Notes: generated by a model from the letters alone, not told the origin. 64,000 bases of DNA from Nemertoderma westbladi (GCA_032718475.1 JAUCBJ010009124.1:1-64000); one strand, 5' to 3'. Positions 26,601 through 39,250 are shown, numbered from the stretch's first letter. Made by a program: numbers and translations.

Positions 26601-28965
26601 CACCACCATGGCTGATCTTCCACAGTAAATCCTTCCATTATGTTTCCTAAAGGAATGCCTGTTCACCAACATGGGCGATCTTCCGCAGTAAACCCTTCCA
26701 CTCTGTTTCCCAAAGGAATGCCTGTTCACCACCATGGGTGATCTTCCACAGTAAACCCTTCCACTCTGTTTCCCAAAGGAATGCCTGTCCACCACCATGG
26801 CTGATCTTCCACAGTAAATCCTTCCATTATGTTTCCTAAAGGAATGCCTGTTCACCAACATGGGCGATCTTCCGCAGTAAACCCTTCCACTCTGTTTCCC
26901 AAAGGAATGCCTGTTCACCACCATGGGTGATCTTCCACAGTAAACCCTTCCACTCTGTTTCCCAAAGGAATGCCTGTTCACCAACATGGGCGATCTTCCG
27001 CAGTAAACCCTTCCACTCTGTTTCCCAAAGGAATGCCTGTTCACCACCATGGGTGATTTTCCACAGTAAACCCTTCCACTCTATTTCCTAAAGGAATGCC
27101 TGTCCACCACCATGGCTGATCTTCCACAGTAAATCCTTCCATTATGTTTCCTAAAGGAATGCCTGTTCACCAACATGGGCGATCTTCCGCAGTAAACCCT
27201 TCCACTCTGTTTCCCAAAGGAATGCCTGTTCACCACCATGGGTGATCTTCCACAGTAAACCCTTCCACTCTGTTTCCCAAAGGAATGCCTGTTCACCACC
27301 ATGGGTGATCTTCCACAGTAAACCCTTCCACTCTGTTTCCTAAAGGAATGCCTGTTCACCACCTTGGGTGTCTTCCACAGTAAATCCTTCCATTATGTTT
27401 CCTAAAGGAATGCCTGTTCACCAACATGGGCGATCTTCCGCAGTAAACCCTTCCACTCTGTTTCCCAAAGGAATGCCTGTTCACCACCATGGGTGATCTT
27501 CCACAGTAAACCCTTCCACTCTGTTTCCCAAAGGAATGCCTGTCCACCACCATGGCTGATCTTCCACAGTAAATCCTTCCATTATGTTTCCTAAAGGAAT
27601 GCCTGTTCACCAACATGGGCGATCTTCCGCAGTAAACCCTTCCACTCTGTTTCCCAAAGGAATGCCTGTTCACCACCATGGGTGATCTTCCACAGTAAAC
27701 CCTTCCACTCTGTTTCCCAAAGGAATGCCTGTCCACCACCATGGCTGATCTTCCACAGTAAATCCTTCCATTATGTTTCCTAAAGGAATGCCTGTTCACC
27801 AACATGGGCGATCTTCCGCAGTAAACCCTTCCACTCTGTTTCCCAAAGGAATGCCTGTTCACCACCATGGGTGATCTTCCACAGTAAACCCTTCCACTCT
27901 GTTTCCCAAAGGAATGCCTGTTCACCAACATGGGCGATCTTCCGCAGTAAACCCTTCCACTCTGTTTCCCAAAGGAATGCCTGTTCACCACCATGGGTGA
28001 TTTTCCACAGTAAACCCTTCCACTCTATTTCCTAAAGGAATGCCTGTCCACCACCATGGCTGATCTTCCACAGTAAATCCTTCCATTATGTTTCCTAAAG
28101 GAATGCCTGTTCACCAACATGGGCGATCTTCCGCAGTAAACCCTTCCACTCTGTTTCCCAAAGGAATGCCTGTTCACCACCATGGGTGATCTTCCACAGT
28201 AAACCCTTCCACTCTGTTTCCCAAAGGAATGCCTGTTCACCACCATGGGTGATCTTCCACAGTAAACCCTTCCACTCTGTTTCCTAAAGGAATGCCTGTT
28301 CACCACCTTGGGTGTCTTCCACAGTAAACCCTTCCACTCTGTTTCCTAAAGGAATGCCTGTTCACCAACATGGGCGATCTTCCGCAGTAAACCCTTCCAC
28401 TCTGTTTCCCAAAGGAATGCCTGTTCACCACCATGGGTGATTTTCCACAGTAAACCCTTCCACTCTATTTCCTAAAGGAATGCCTGTCCACCACCATGGC
28501 TGATCTTCCACAGTAAATCCTTCCATTATGTTTCCTAAAGGAATGCCTGTTCACCAACATGGGCGATCTTCCGCAGTAAACCCTTCCACTCTGTTTCCCA
28601 AAGGAATGCCTGTTCACCACCATGGGTGATCTTCCACAGTAAACCCTTCCACTCTGTTTCCCAAAGGAATGCCTGTTCACCACCATGGGTGATCTTCCAC
28701 AGTAAACCCTTCCACTCTGTTTCCTAAAGGAATGCCTGTTCACCACCTTGGGTGTCTTCCACAGTAAACCCTTCCACTCTGTTTCCTAAAGGAATGCCTG
28801 TTCACCACCATGGGTGATCTTCCACAGTAAACCCTTCCACTCTGTTTCCTAAATGAATGCCTGTTCACCACCATGGGTGATCTTCCACGTAAACCCTTCC
28901 ATTATGTTTCCCAAAGGAATGCCTGTTCACCAACATGGGTGATCTTCCACAGTAAATCCTTCCAC
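23687..28965. repeat. Intergenic 63-bp minisatellite between the convergent genes
   Basis: Unit gaatgcctgttcaccaccatgggtgatcttccacagtaaacccttccactctgtttcctaaag, ~84 copies, with duplicated multi-unit blocks (offsets 944 and 440). Confidence 0.95.
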
Positions 28966-29018
28966 AAATATGTTGTGTGACCCCTAGATCCCTTCCTATA
29001 AATGTATAATCCCAAAGG

Positions 29019-29259
29019 CGCCCATGTGAAGAATACCAGGATTTCACTTTTCATTTCATTTTTTTAATTTATCTTTATTAAATATTTTTGGCGCTTATTT
29101 CTGTCTTATAACCTGTACATATACTAATTCGTTTATTGTTTTAGTTAAATTCAGCCCTTCTGTAACCTGTGTTTTTGGTGAAAACCTGGTATTCTTCACA
29201 TGGGGGTAACTGCAAAGTGAAATATAACTGCAGAGAGTCTGGTATTCTTCACATGGGCC
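29019..29259. mobile_element. MITE with ~20-bp TIRs and an 8-bp target-site duplication
   Basis: TIRs (c/g)gcccatgtgaagaatacca and tggtattcttcacatgggcc; flanked by cccaaagg at 29011-29018 and 29260-29267; an extra internal TIR copy at ~29185. Confidence 0.7.
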
Positions 29260-29549
29260 CCCAAAGGAATGCCTACTACATTATAGCCCATAAAGATATG
29301 TGGGCCCTACGCCTACAATAAAAAACGATACGGATTTTTATGCGAAGTTTAGACGAAAACGTAGATTATATTTATTCACAAAAATCAAATACAATAATTA
29401 AAACATAAACATTCAGAAATAACAGCGCAAGAAAGAAATCTCAATTTCATGTTGATATGATGTCAGTGTCAGTTTGTCTGCGGTTTCATAGGTTTGTAAG
29501 GTAATATTGACCGGGTTTGTTATATCTTTAGCACTCAGTTGGGTGTGTT

Positions 29550-29673
29550 TCAGTAGTGCGGGTGAATGTTGTTGTGGGTCACGGCGGATTTTGGATCCTC
29601 CACATCGAATTGGGATGGCGAGGGTACAGTGATGGTAAACTTATCTGATTGGTTACCCTGAACTCGTTCTATC
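29550..29673 (-). CDS. PKD1-like polycystin, probable terminal exon
   Basis: tacag|G ATA GAA...TAC TGA; phase matches the previous exon; minus-strand AATAAA at 29371-29376. Confidence 0.7.
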
Positions 29674-29687
29674 CTGTAATTAAAAAT

Positions 29688-29909
29688 TAATTTTATTTAT
29701 TTGTGGGGAATTAATTTCGCACTATCAAATCGCCAGGGCGCCATATTTTCCAGCTATATATCGCAGTGCGACATTATTTAACAGTATGACCCTACGCCAT
29801 ACATTTTACTATGTACAGTATTTCCAGTATGTCACCGCGTCATTATTAGGTTGTTCTAGAAAGTTTGACTGCATAACTACTAATAATTCCCCACAAATAA
29901 ATAAAATTA
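29688..29909. mobile_element. MITE-like element with 26-bp terminal inverted repeats
   Basis: taattttatttatttgtggggaatta ... taattccccacaaataaataaaatta. Confidence 0.6.
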
Positions 29910-30036
29910 GATTCGCCATTGTTCATAATTAGCATTTTAAAGCTTTTACGGCCCCCGTTTTATCATGCAGAACCCTATAAGGTGCTATTTTATGAACTAT
30001 GACGTAGGCGTTTTACCTAAATCATAAGTAACTCAC

Positions 30037-30212
30037 GCGTCGACTAGTTTCCCGACTTTATCCTCGAATTCCTCTAAACGTCTCGATAAATTTCGCTTTT
30101 TTCTGCTGCCCCTCGGCGCGGTTTTTGCGTTCCTTCGAGAAATCAAATACCCTAATTTTTCCATCATGAAATTCACAAACCCGAACTCATCTTCCCTTGG
30201 TGTTCCTTTTAT
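30037..30212 (-). CDS. PKD1-like polycystin exon (cytoplasmic tail, coiled-coil-like)
   Basis: ttcag|ATAAAA...GACGC|gtgag; IKGTPREDEFGFVNFMMEKL...LSRRLEEFEDKVGKLVD. Confidence 0.8.
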
Positions 30213-30450
30213 CTGAATAAACGTAAATAAATTCTTATGAATATGAAATACTTTTTTTAGTTACAATAACATTTCCAAATTATATAAATGAAAATAAAAT
30301 AATTAACATTAAGGATTCTTTCTAGAATGTATTTTGAATGTCTTTCAAAATTCAAATGATCTGGACTTTCATCTTTGTTAACTTTTTTCTACACAAACAA
30401 CCATTATAAATATTTGCAGTTCCTTCCTTCATGTGGCATCGCAGTGGGAC

Positions 30451-33400
30451 GCCGTTGGTTGATTACCTTCCGCCGACCTTGTCTGCAGGACTAGCCGTTG
30501 GTTGATTACCTTCCGCCGACCTTGTCTGCATGGCTAGCCGTTGGTTGATTACCTTCCGCCGACCTTGTCTGCAGGACTAGCCGTTGGTTGATTACCTTCC
30601 GCCAACATGGTCTGCAGGACTAGCCGTTGGTTGATTACCTTCCGCCGACCTTGTCTGCAGGACTAGCCGTTGGTTGATTACCTTCCGCCGACCTTGTCTG
30701 CATGGCTAGCCGTTGGTTGATTACCTTCCGCCAACCTTGTCTGCAGGACTAGCCGTTTGTTGATTACCTTCCGCCGACCTTGTCTGCAGGACTAGCCGTT
30801 GGTTGATTACCTTCCGCCGACCTTGTCTCCATGACTAACCGTTGGTTGATTACCTTCCGCCGACCTTGTCTGCAGGACTAGCCGTTGGTTGATTACCTTC
30901 CGCCGACCTTGTCTGCAGGACTAGCCGTTGGTTGATTACCTTCCGCCAACATGGTCTGCAGGACTAGCCGTTGGTTGATTACCTTCCGCCGACCTTGTCT
31001 GCAGGACTAGCCGTTGGTTGATTACCTTCCGCCGACCTTGTCTGCAGGACTAGCCGTTGGTTGATTACCTTCCGCCGACCTTGTCTGCAGGACTAGCCGT
31101 TGGTTGATTACCTTCCGCCGACCTTGTCTGCAGGACTAGCCGTTGGTTGATTACCTTCCGCCGACCTTGTCTGCAGGACTAGCCGTTGGTTGATTACCTT
31201 CCGCCAACCTTGTCTGCAGGACTAGCCGTTGGTTGATTACCTTCCGCCGACCTTGTCTGCAGGACTAACCGTTGGTTGATTACCTTCCGCCAACCTTGTC
31301 TGCAGGACTAGCCGTTGGTTGATTACCTTCCGCCAACATGGTCTGCAGGACTAGCCGTTGGTTGATTACCTTCCGCCGACCTTGTCTGCAGGACTAGCCG
31401 TTGGTTGATTACCTTCCGCCGACCTTGTCTGCAGGACTAGCCGTTGGTTGATTACCTTCCGCCAACCTTGTCTGCAGGACTAGCCGTTGGTTGATTACCT
31501 TCCGCCGACCTTGTCTGCAGGACTAACCGTTGGTTGATTACCTTCCGCCGACCTTGTTTGCAGGACTAGCCGTTGGTTGATTACCTTCCGCCGACCTTGT
31601 CTGCAGGACTAGCCGTTGGTTGATTACCTTCCGCCGACCTTGTCTGCAGGACTAGCCGTTGGTTGATTACCTTCCGCCGACCTTGTCTGCAGGACTAGCC
31701 GTTGGTTGATTACCTTCCGCCGACCTTGTCTGCAGGACTAGCCGTTGGTTGATTACCTTCCGCCGACCTTGTCTGCAGGACTAGCCGTTGGTTGATTACC
31801 TTCCGCCGACCTTGTCTGCAGGACTAGCCGTTGGTTGATTACCTTCCGCCGACCTTGTCTGCAGGACTAGCCGTTGGTTGATTACCTTCCGCCGACCTTG
31901 TCTGCAGGACTAGCCGTTGGTTGATTACCTTCCGCCGACCTTGTCTGCAGGACTAGCCGTTGGTTGATTACCTTCCGCCGACCTTGTCTGCAGGACTAGC
32001 CGTTGGTTGATTACCTTCCGCCGACCTTGTCTGCAGGACTAGCCGTTGGTTGATTACCTTCCGCCGACCTTGTCTGCAGGACTAGCCGTTGGTTGATTAC
32101 CTTCCGCCGACCTTGTCTGCAGGACTAGCCGTTGGTTGATTACCTTCCGCCGACCTTGTCTGCAGGACTAGCCGTTGGTTGATTACCTTCCGCCGACCTT
32201 GTCTGCAGGACTAGCCGTTGGTTGATTACCTTCCGCCGACCTTGTCTGCAGGACTAGCCGTTGGTTGATTACCTTCCGCCGACCTTGTCTGCAGGACTAG
32301 CCGTTGGTTGATTACCTTCCGCCGACCTTGTCTGCATGACTAGCCGTTGGTTGATTACCTTCCGCCGACCTTGTCTGCAGGACTAGCCGTTGGTTGATTA
32401 CCTTCCGCCGACCTTGTCTGTAGGACTAGCCGTTGGTTGATTACGTTCCGCCGACCTTGTCTGCAGGACTAGCCGTTGGTTGATTACCTTCCGCCGACCT
32501 TGTCTGAAGGACTAGCCGTTGGTTGATTACCTTCCGCCGACCTTGTCTGCAGGACTAGCCGTTGGTTTATTACCTTCCGCCGACCTTGTCTGCATGACAT
32601 GCCGTTTGTTGATTACCTTCCGCCGACCTTGTCTGCATGGCTAGCCGTTGGTTGATTACCTTCCACCAACCTTGTCTGCAGGACTAGCCGTTGGTTGATT
32701 ACCTTCCGCCGACCTTGTCTGCAGGACTAGCCGTTGGTTGATTACCTTACGCCGACCTTGTCTGTATGTCTAGCCGTTGGTTGATTACCTTCCGCCGACC
32801 TTGTCTGCAGGACTAGCCGTTGGTTGATTACCTTCCGCCGACCTTGTCTGCAGGACTAGCCGTTGGTTGATTACCTTCCGCCGACCTTGTCTGCAGGACT
32901 AGCCGTTGGTTGATTACCTTCGGCCGACCTTGTCTGCGGGACTAGCCGTTGGTTGATTACCTTCCGCCGACCTTGTCTGCAGGACTAGCCGTTGGTTGAT
33001 TACCTTCCGCCGACCTTGTCTGCAGGACTAGCCGTTGGTTGATTACCTTCCGCCAACCTTGTCTGCAGGACTAGCCGTTGGTTGATTACCTTCCGCCGAC
33101 CTTGTCTGCAGGACTAGCCGTTGGTTGATTACCTTCCGCCAACCTTGTCTGCAGGACTAGCCGTTGGTTGATTACCTTCCGCCAACCTTGTTTGCAGGAC
33201 TAGCCGTTGGTTGTTTACCTTCCACCGACCTTGTCTGCATGGCTAGCCGTTGGTTGATTACCTTCCGCCGACCTTGTCTGCAGGACTAGCCGTTGGTTGA
33301 TTACCTTCCGCCGACCTTGTCTGCAGGACTAGCCGTTGGTTGATTACCTTCCGCCAACCTTGTCTGCAGGACTAGCCGTTGGTTGATTACCTTCCGCCAA

Positions 33401-35396
33401 CCTTGTCTGCAGGACTAGCCGTTGGTTGATTACCTTCCGCCAACCTTGTTTGCAGGACTAGCCGTTGGTTGATTACCTTCCGCCAACCTTGTCTGCAGGA
33501 CTAGCCGTTGGTTGATTACCTTCTGCCGACCTTGTCTGCAGGACTAGCCGTTGGTTGATTACCTTCCGCCGACCTTGTCTGCAGGACTAGCCGTTGGTTG
33601 ATTACCTTCCGCCAACCTTGTTTGCAGGACTAGCCGTTGGTTGATTACCTTCCGCCAACCTTGTCTGCAGGACTAGCCGTTGGTTGATTACCTTCCGCCG
33701 ACCTTGTCTGCAGGACTAGCCGTTGGTTGATTACCTTCCGCCAACCTTGTCTGCAGGACTAGCCGTTGGTTGATTACCTTCCGCCAACCTTGTTTGCAGG
33801 ACTAGCCGTTGGTTGTTTACCATCCACCGACCTTGTCTGCATGGCTAGCCGTTGGTTGATTACCTTCCGCCGACCTTGTCTGCAGGACTAGCCGTTGGTT
33901 GATTACCTTCCGCCGACCTTGTCTGCAGGACTAGCCGTTGGTTGATTACCTTCCGCCAACCTTGTCTGCAGGACTAGCCGTTGGTTGATTATCTTCCGCC
34001 AACCTTGTCTGCAGGACTAGCCGTTGGTTGATTACCTTCCGCCAACCTTGTTTGCAGGACTAGCCGTTGGTTTATTACCTTCCGCCAACCTTGTCTGCAG
34101 GACTAGCCGTTGGTTGATTACCTTCCGCCGACCTTGTCTGCAGGACTAGCCGTTGGTTGATTACCTTCCGCCGACCTTGTCTGCAGGACTAGCCGTTGGT
34201 TGATTACCTTCCGCCAACCTTGTCTGCAGGACTAGCCGTTGGTTGATTACCTTCCGCCAACCTTGTCTGCAGGACTAGCCGTTGGTTGATTACCTTCCGC
34301 CAACCTTGTTTGCAGGACTAGCCGTTGGTTGATTACCTTCCGCCAACCTTGTCTGCAGGACTAGCCGTTGGTTGATTACCTTCCGCCGACCTTGTCTGCA
34401 GGACTAGCCGTTGGTTGATTACCTTCCGCCGACCTTGTCTGCAGGACTAGCCGTTGGTTGATTACCTTCCGCCGACCTTGTCTCCATGACTAACCGTTGG
34501 TTGATTACCTTCCGCCGACCTTGTCTGCAGGACTAGCCGTTGGTTGATTACCTTCCACCAACCTTGTCTGCAGGACTAGCCGTTGGTTGATTACCTTCCG
34601 CCGACCTTGTCTGCAGGACTAGCCGTTGGTTGATTACCTTCCGCCAACCTTGTCTGCAGGACTAGCCGTTGGTTGATTACCTTCCGCCAACCTTGTTTGC
34701 AGGACTAGCCGTTGGTTGATTACCTTCCGCCAACCTTGTCTGCAGGACTAGCCGTTGGTTGATTACCTTCCGCCAACCTTGTCTGCAGGACTAGCCGTTG
34801 GTTGATTACCTTCCGCCAACCTTGTCTGCAGGACTAGCCGTTGGTTGATTACCTTCCGCCAACCTTGTTTGCAGGACTAGCCGTTGGTTGATTACCTTCC
34901 GCCAACCTTGTCTGCAGGACTAGCCGTTGGTTGATTACCTTCCGCCGACCTTGTCTGCAGGACTAGCCGTTGGTTGATTACCTTCCGCCGACCTTGCCTG
35001 CAGGACTAGCCGTTGGTTGATTACCTTCCGCCGACCTTGTCTCCATGACTAACCGTTGGTTGATTACCTTCCGCCGACCTTGTCTGCAGGACTAGCCGTT
35101 GGTTGATTACCTTCCACCAACCTTGTCTGCAGGACTAGCCGTTGGTTGATTACCTTCCGCCGACCTTGTCTGCAGGACTAGCCGTTGGTTGATTACCTTC
35201 CGCCGACCTTGTCTGCAGGACTAGCCGTTGGTTGATTACCTTCCGCCGACCTTGTCTCCATGACTAACCGTTGGTTGATTACCTTCCGCCGACCTTGTCT
35301 GCAGGACTAGCCGTTGGTTGATTACCTTCCACCAACCTTGTCTGCAGGACTAGCCGTTGGTTGATTACCTTCCGCCGACCTTGTCTCCATGACTAA
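30451..35396. repeat. Intronic 43-bp minisatellite
   Basis: Unit gccgttggttgattaccttccgccgaccttgtctgcaggacta, ~115 copies. Confidence 0.95.
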
Positions 35397-35700
35397 TCAT
35401 GTATTGTACATTGCAAGCATACACAAACCATACCTAACACATTCATAGCGTCCCCAGTATCCATAGTAACATGTGATGATTTGTTTAGTTGACAAGGCGA
35501 TTCTTAATTAACTATTAATGATTAATTGACAACTAATTGGCTAAGAGCTACAGGAACTACATCATTGCTGCCATAGTGGTACGAGAACAATGAGTACCCT
35601 GACATCCCAAAAGTAACCCAGAATCCCATAACGTACCACTAAAATCAATATCATATAATAATAATAATATTATTACCCCACTAATAAATATTAGACTTAC

Positions 35701-35834
35701 AGCGCTGATGCTGTCGTTAAGAATGGCTATGAACAGATTGATAACAATAACGTTCATAAAGAATGTATAAACGGTAAAGAAGATCGCCCCAAGGATCGGA
35801 CTAATTGACATCATTTCTTCGTAATTGAATTTAC
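35701..35834 (-). CDS. PKD1-like polycystin exon (pore and last TM helix)
   Basis: ttcag|GTAAA...GCT|gtaag; GKFNYEEM..ISPILGAIFFTVYTFFMNVIVINLFIAILNDS, a polycystin channel motif. Confidence 0.9.
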
Positions 35835-36147
35835 CTGAAATCGTTACGTTTGTATTTAAGTAAGACAACATGCCTCCCGGAAAGATTACGATAAGGAGAT
35901 GATTTGAATGAATAAAGGAAATTATTTCCCGCTAAATTAAAATGTGTGGCAACCCGCATACATAACACATGTAATATACAGTCCCGAAACTTTATTTATC
36001 TTTAATAATACAAATCAAATTTACACAAACGATATGGCGAGTTTCTTTGCAAGACACCTCCGTGAAAAATCTATATCTAGATCTATTAAAATCTATATAT
36101 TATATTAAATCTACATCTATAAAAATCGAAAATGCATCTCTTAAAAC

Positions 36148-36528
36148 GGGTGAGTACAAAACAAAGACCCAAGACCCAATTAAACTGCATAATCTTGAAA
36201 CATGTGTTAACTTTCGTTTATTGTTTTGGTTCCCCAACACGTCTCTGTAACCTGCTTCTTTACCATTTAAATTTACCATTTAAAAACCTTTAAATGGCAA
36301 TGGGACCTAACGCTCTTTGGGACCTGTACAAAACAAGTCGCCGCTAGTTCCGAAATAGGGTTAGGTCCTAAAGAGCGTCAGTTCCTAAAGAGCGTTAAAT
36401 CCCTTTGCCATTTAAGGTTAGTAATGGAGCAGGTTACAGAGGCGTGTTTGGGGAACCAAAACAATAAACAAAAGACTAAAGACTTCTTTAGTCTTTGGGT
36501 CTTGGATATTTCTTTTTTACTCACCCCC
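36148..36528. mobile_element. Foldback/MITE with long imperfect inverted repeats
   Basis: gggtgagta...cccaagacccaa...ttattgttttggttccccaacacgtctctgtaacctgct is mirrored by agcaggttacagaggcgtgtttggggaaccaaaacaataa...ttgggtcttgg...tactcaccc. Confidence 0.7.
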
Positions 36529-36569
36529 TTATAACAAAATACAATATTTCTAGAAGACATTCCACCCAC

Positions 36570-36759
36570 CTAGTAGCGTGCTGATTAAACTCTGGGCGGC
36601 TGCGATGGGGCTGTGGTACCGGACCAGGTAAGGCATGAAAAGGAGATAGGCGACCCCCCAGAATCCGCTGAAGAAAAAGAAAAACCACATCGCGAATCCC
36701 CCCATCTCTTTACCGGCACGGGAAATTGTGGCAGACAGCATTGCAATACTGGTGGAAAA
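36570..36759 (-). CDS. PKD1-like polycystin exon (S4-S5 linker, S5, pore helix)
   Basis: atag|TTTTCC...CTAG|gtggg; FSTSIAMLSATISRAGKEMGGFAMWFFFFFSGFWGVAYLLF. Confidence 0.88.
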
Positions 36760-36843
36760 CTATTGGAAAATAACTAGAATATTGATAAGTACTGTATACC
36801 GGTAGAACTGCTGGTAAATCTATTGGAAATACTAACTATATTC

Positions 36844-36971
36844 GATTTAAATAAAGTAGCTCGTATTTCACGTCGGTTCGAGTGGGAATATTGCCATTAA
36901 TCGAGCGTAAGTGAGTGAGTTAAATATGAAACGAGAATCTGAAAGTGAAATAGGCCTACAGGGACTTTATT
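36844..36971. mobile_element. Small MITE-like element, copy 2 (inverted relative to 11988-12111)
   Basis: gatttaaataaag...gtatttcacg.cgg.tcgagtgggaatatt...ctgaaagtgaaa...cttt att aligns with the reverse complement of copy 1. Confidence 0.55.
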
Positions 36972-37186
36972 AGTTACTGTTAGGCTTACATCATCGTGAC
37001 CGTAGAATCTGGTACAATCATACTGAAATAATACTGTTACTTTATTTCACGTTGCGATATAGCACACCATAGCCCATTATTTCACGGCGTATTTCACGCC
37101 GACTTGAAAATTTAAATAGATTATTTATATTAATATATTATTATATAATATAGGGTTAGGTAAAGCAATAATGTGTTGCAACTAAC

Positions 37187-37368
37187 CCGCAATATGTAGA
37201 GAAACTTAAGGGTTGAGAAGAAAGCAATAAATCCCAGCATGTTGAGGAATGTTTCATGAACCGAAGCGATGTACATTAGGTTAATGGATTCCCTGCCTCC
37301 GGACTTGACTATTTTATCTAAACGTTGTTCCGTTACAGAATAGCGATAAAAGAACAACCCAATCGCGG
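37187..37368 (-). CDS. PKD1-like polycystin exon (S3-S4)
   Basis: tttag|CCGCG...CGG|gttag; AIGLFFYRY...INLMYIASVHETFLNMLGFIAFFSTLKFLYILR. Confidence 0.88.
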
Positions 37369-37614
37369 CTAAAATAAACAAACGATAATCCACCGTATTT
37401 TATCTGTAGGATTATTTAATTTATTAATCTGTGTGATTAATATGGACTACGTTAACACTTATTTACGTGTAATATGCCGTAAAAATATGGTAAATTCAAT
37501 GCTGGCTAACGGGTAATACTTAACAATGATAAGTTAAATAGTCGGTCTGTTACTTTCAGTATCAATGTATCCTTTTAAATAGGCTCATCCAGACTATCGG
37601 CAGCATAATATGTG

Positions 37615-38267
37615 TTATAACTTTTTGTTGGGCACAGCTTTTGCAAAGTCGGCAATGACGTCCAGGTGGGATCGAACTGGTGACCTCCGGGTTGGAAGTC
37701 TGATGCTCTAAGCATTCAGCTAGTGGCTCAGGCAAAATATAGACCTGAAAATACAATCTGATACCTTGTATGTCCGCAATTTACCTCCTCATGGCCTCCC
37801 ATCTGTCATACCATCATCTGCTGCCACTGTGCTCAACACTACAGTACTTGGCCGTCTATCAATAATAACACCAATAATAAATTATAAATATACCGGTCGC
37901 ATTTCTCTATGGGTGTAACTGTCCTACCTAAATTAGTAGCTAGAGTGTATGATTAATCATTGTGGCCGTGATGGTTCATGGTTAATATACACTACACTTT
38001 CATTGTAGCGAGTGGTTAAAGACGGCCAAGTACTACGGTAGGGTTGTGTACAGTGGCAGCAGATGATGGTATTGGACAGATGGAGGGCCATGATGAGGTA
38101 AATTGCGGACATACTAGCTATCAGATACTATTTCCACGTCTATCTTTTACCTGAGCCGCTAGCTGAATGGTTAGAGCGTCAGGCTTCCAACCCGGAGGTC
38201 ACCAGTTCGATCCCACCTGGACGTCATTGCCGACTTTGCAAAAGCTGTGCCCAACAAAAAGTTATAA
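37615..38267. mobile_element. Foldback element: two ~245-bp inverted arms, each containing a tRNA-like segment
   Basis: Arms 37615-37857 and 38020-38267 are reverse complements and both end in TTATAA. Each carries tagctgaatg(g/c)ttagagc (A-box-like) and gttcgatcc (B-box-like). Confidence 0.85.
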
Positions 38268-38380
38268 TACAGTAATATGAAACCACTCATTCACCCAAAA
38301 CACCAATAATAATATGTGTAATATGCATAATAATTTACTGTATGATTTAGACAATGTGTTTAGTTAACATATTGACTTAC

Positions 38381-38587
38381 ATACGGCTGTCAAAACAATA
38401 AGCATATCTAAATAGTTGATGAGTTTCCTAAAATATTCCTTCTGCTGTCGACAAATCTTGATAATTTCTCCGATGAAAAATATTAGTGTTATTAGAGCCA
38501 CTGCAATCAGAGAGACGGCCATCCACAAATCTTTATCAGCAAAGTCATATTTCATCTTCACGGGTTGTAGACGGTAGAATGGTAGAC
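38381..38587 (-). CDS. PKD1-like polycystin exon (end of TOP domain, S2)
   Basis: tttag|GTCTA...GTAT|gtaag; LPFYRLQPVKM...LIFFIGEIIKICRQQKEYFRKLINYLDMLIV. Confidence 0.88.
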
Positions 38588-38810
38588 CTAAAGGGTAGTG
38601 GTAGTAAAAATAGTAGAATTAGTAGAAATATATTCTGGTTAAAGGTAAATATATACGGTTTATTTTAATTTAAATGTAGATAATTTATTATTTATTATAT
38701 AATTTATTATTAAACTATTTTATATAATTATTAATAGGACATCAGTTAAATAGCGCATTTTTTATATTGAAATTAATTGTTGTAATTCTACATTAAGAGA
38801 TTACACATAC

Positions 38811-38999
38811 CCGAAGCTGTTGGGGGGAATTCAACCACGAATGTTGTCACAGCATAAACATTATTTGGGACATTGTAAACGGTGAACTCGACAAATATAG
38901 CACGAGTGCGTTCGTCTAGCCAAAGTTCAGATTCGAGTTTCTTAAGGTCTTCTAGTGTCTCAGCTGGAGTCGGTTTCATTTTGTAAATATAACCACCAC
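38811..38999 (-). CDS. PKD1-like polycystin exon (TOP domain)
   Basis: taaag|GTGGTGG...TCGG|gtatg; GGGY...WLDERTRAIFVEFTVYN...EFPP, the polycystin TOP-domain signature. Confidence 0.93.
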
Positions 39000-39250
39000 C
39001 TTTAAGAATTAATTAGTGATAATTAATTAATCAGCAGGGATTAAAGATTAAATAAAATAGTAGAATCCAGAATCTGGGACTACCAATGAATCTATATTAG
39101 GCCTATATATTATCCAACGGACTATACGGTACCAGTACAACAGAGTTACACGTTCGTGGGGCCTTCGCGCAGCACGAGAGCCTTTATTAGAAAGTACATT
39201 ATACTAATCTCTATTAGATATACGAAAACTGTCTTTGAACTTCAATTTCA

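Noticed and set aside
12206-28746. Many minus-strand ORFs ([16 protein letters not shown] and MVVNRHSF repeats)
   Set aside because: Translations of the 20-bp and 63-bp arrays with frequent frameshifting indels.
38152-38225. Functional tRNA gene
   Set aside because: A/B-box-like motifs are present but acceptor and anticodon stems pair poorly, and the segment is embedded in a repeated element.
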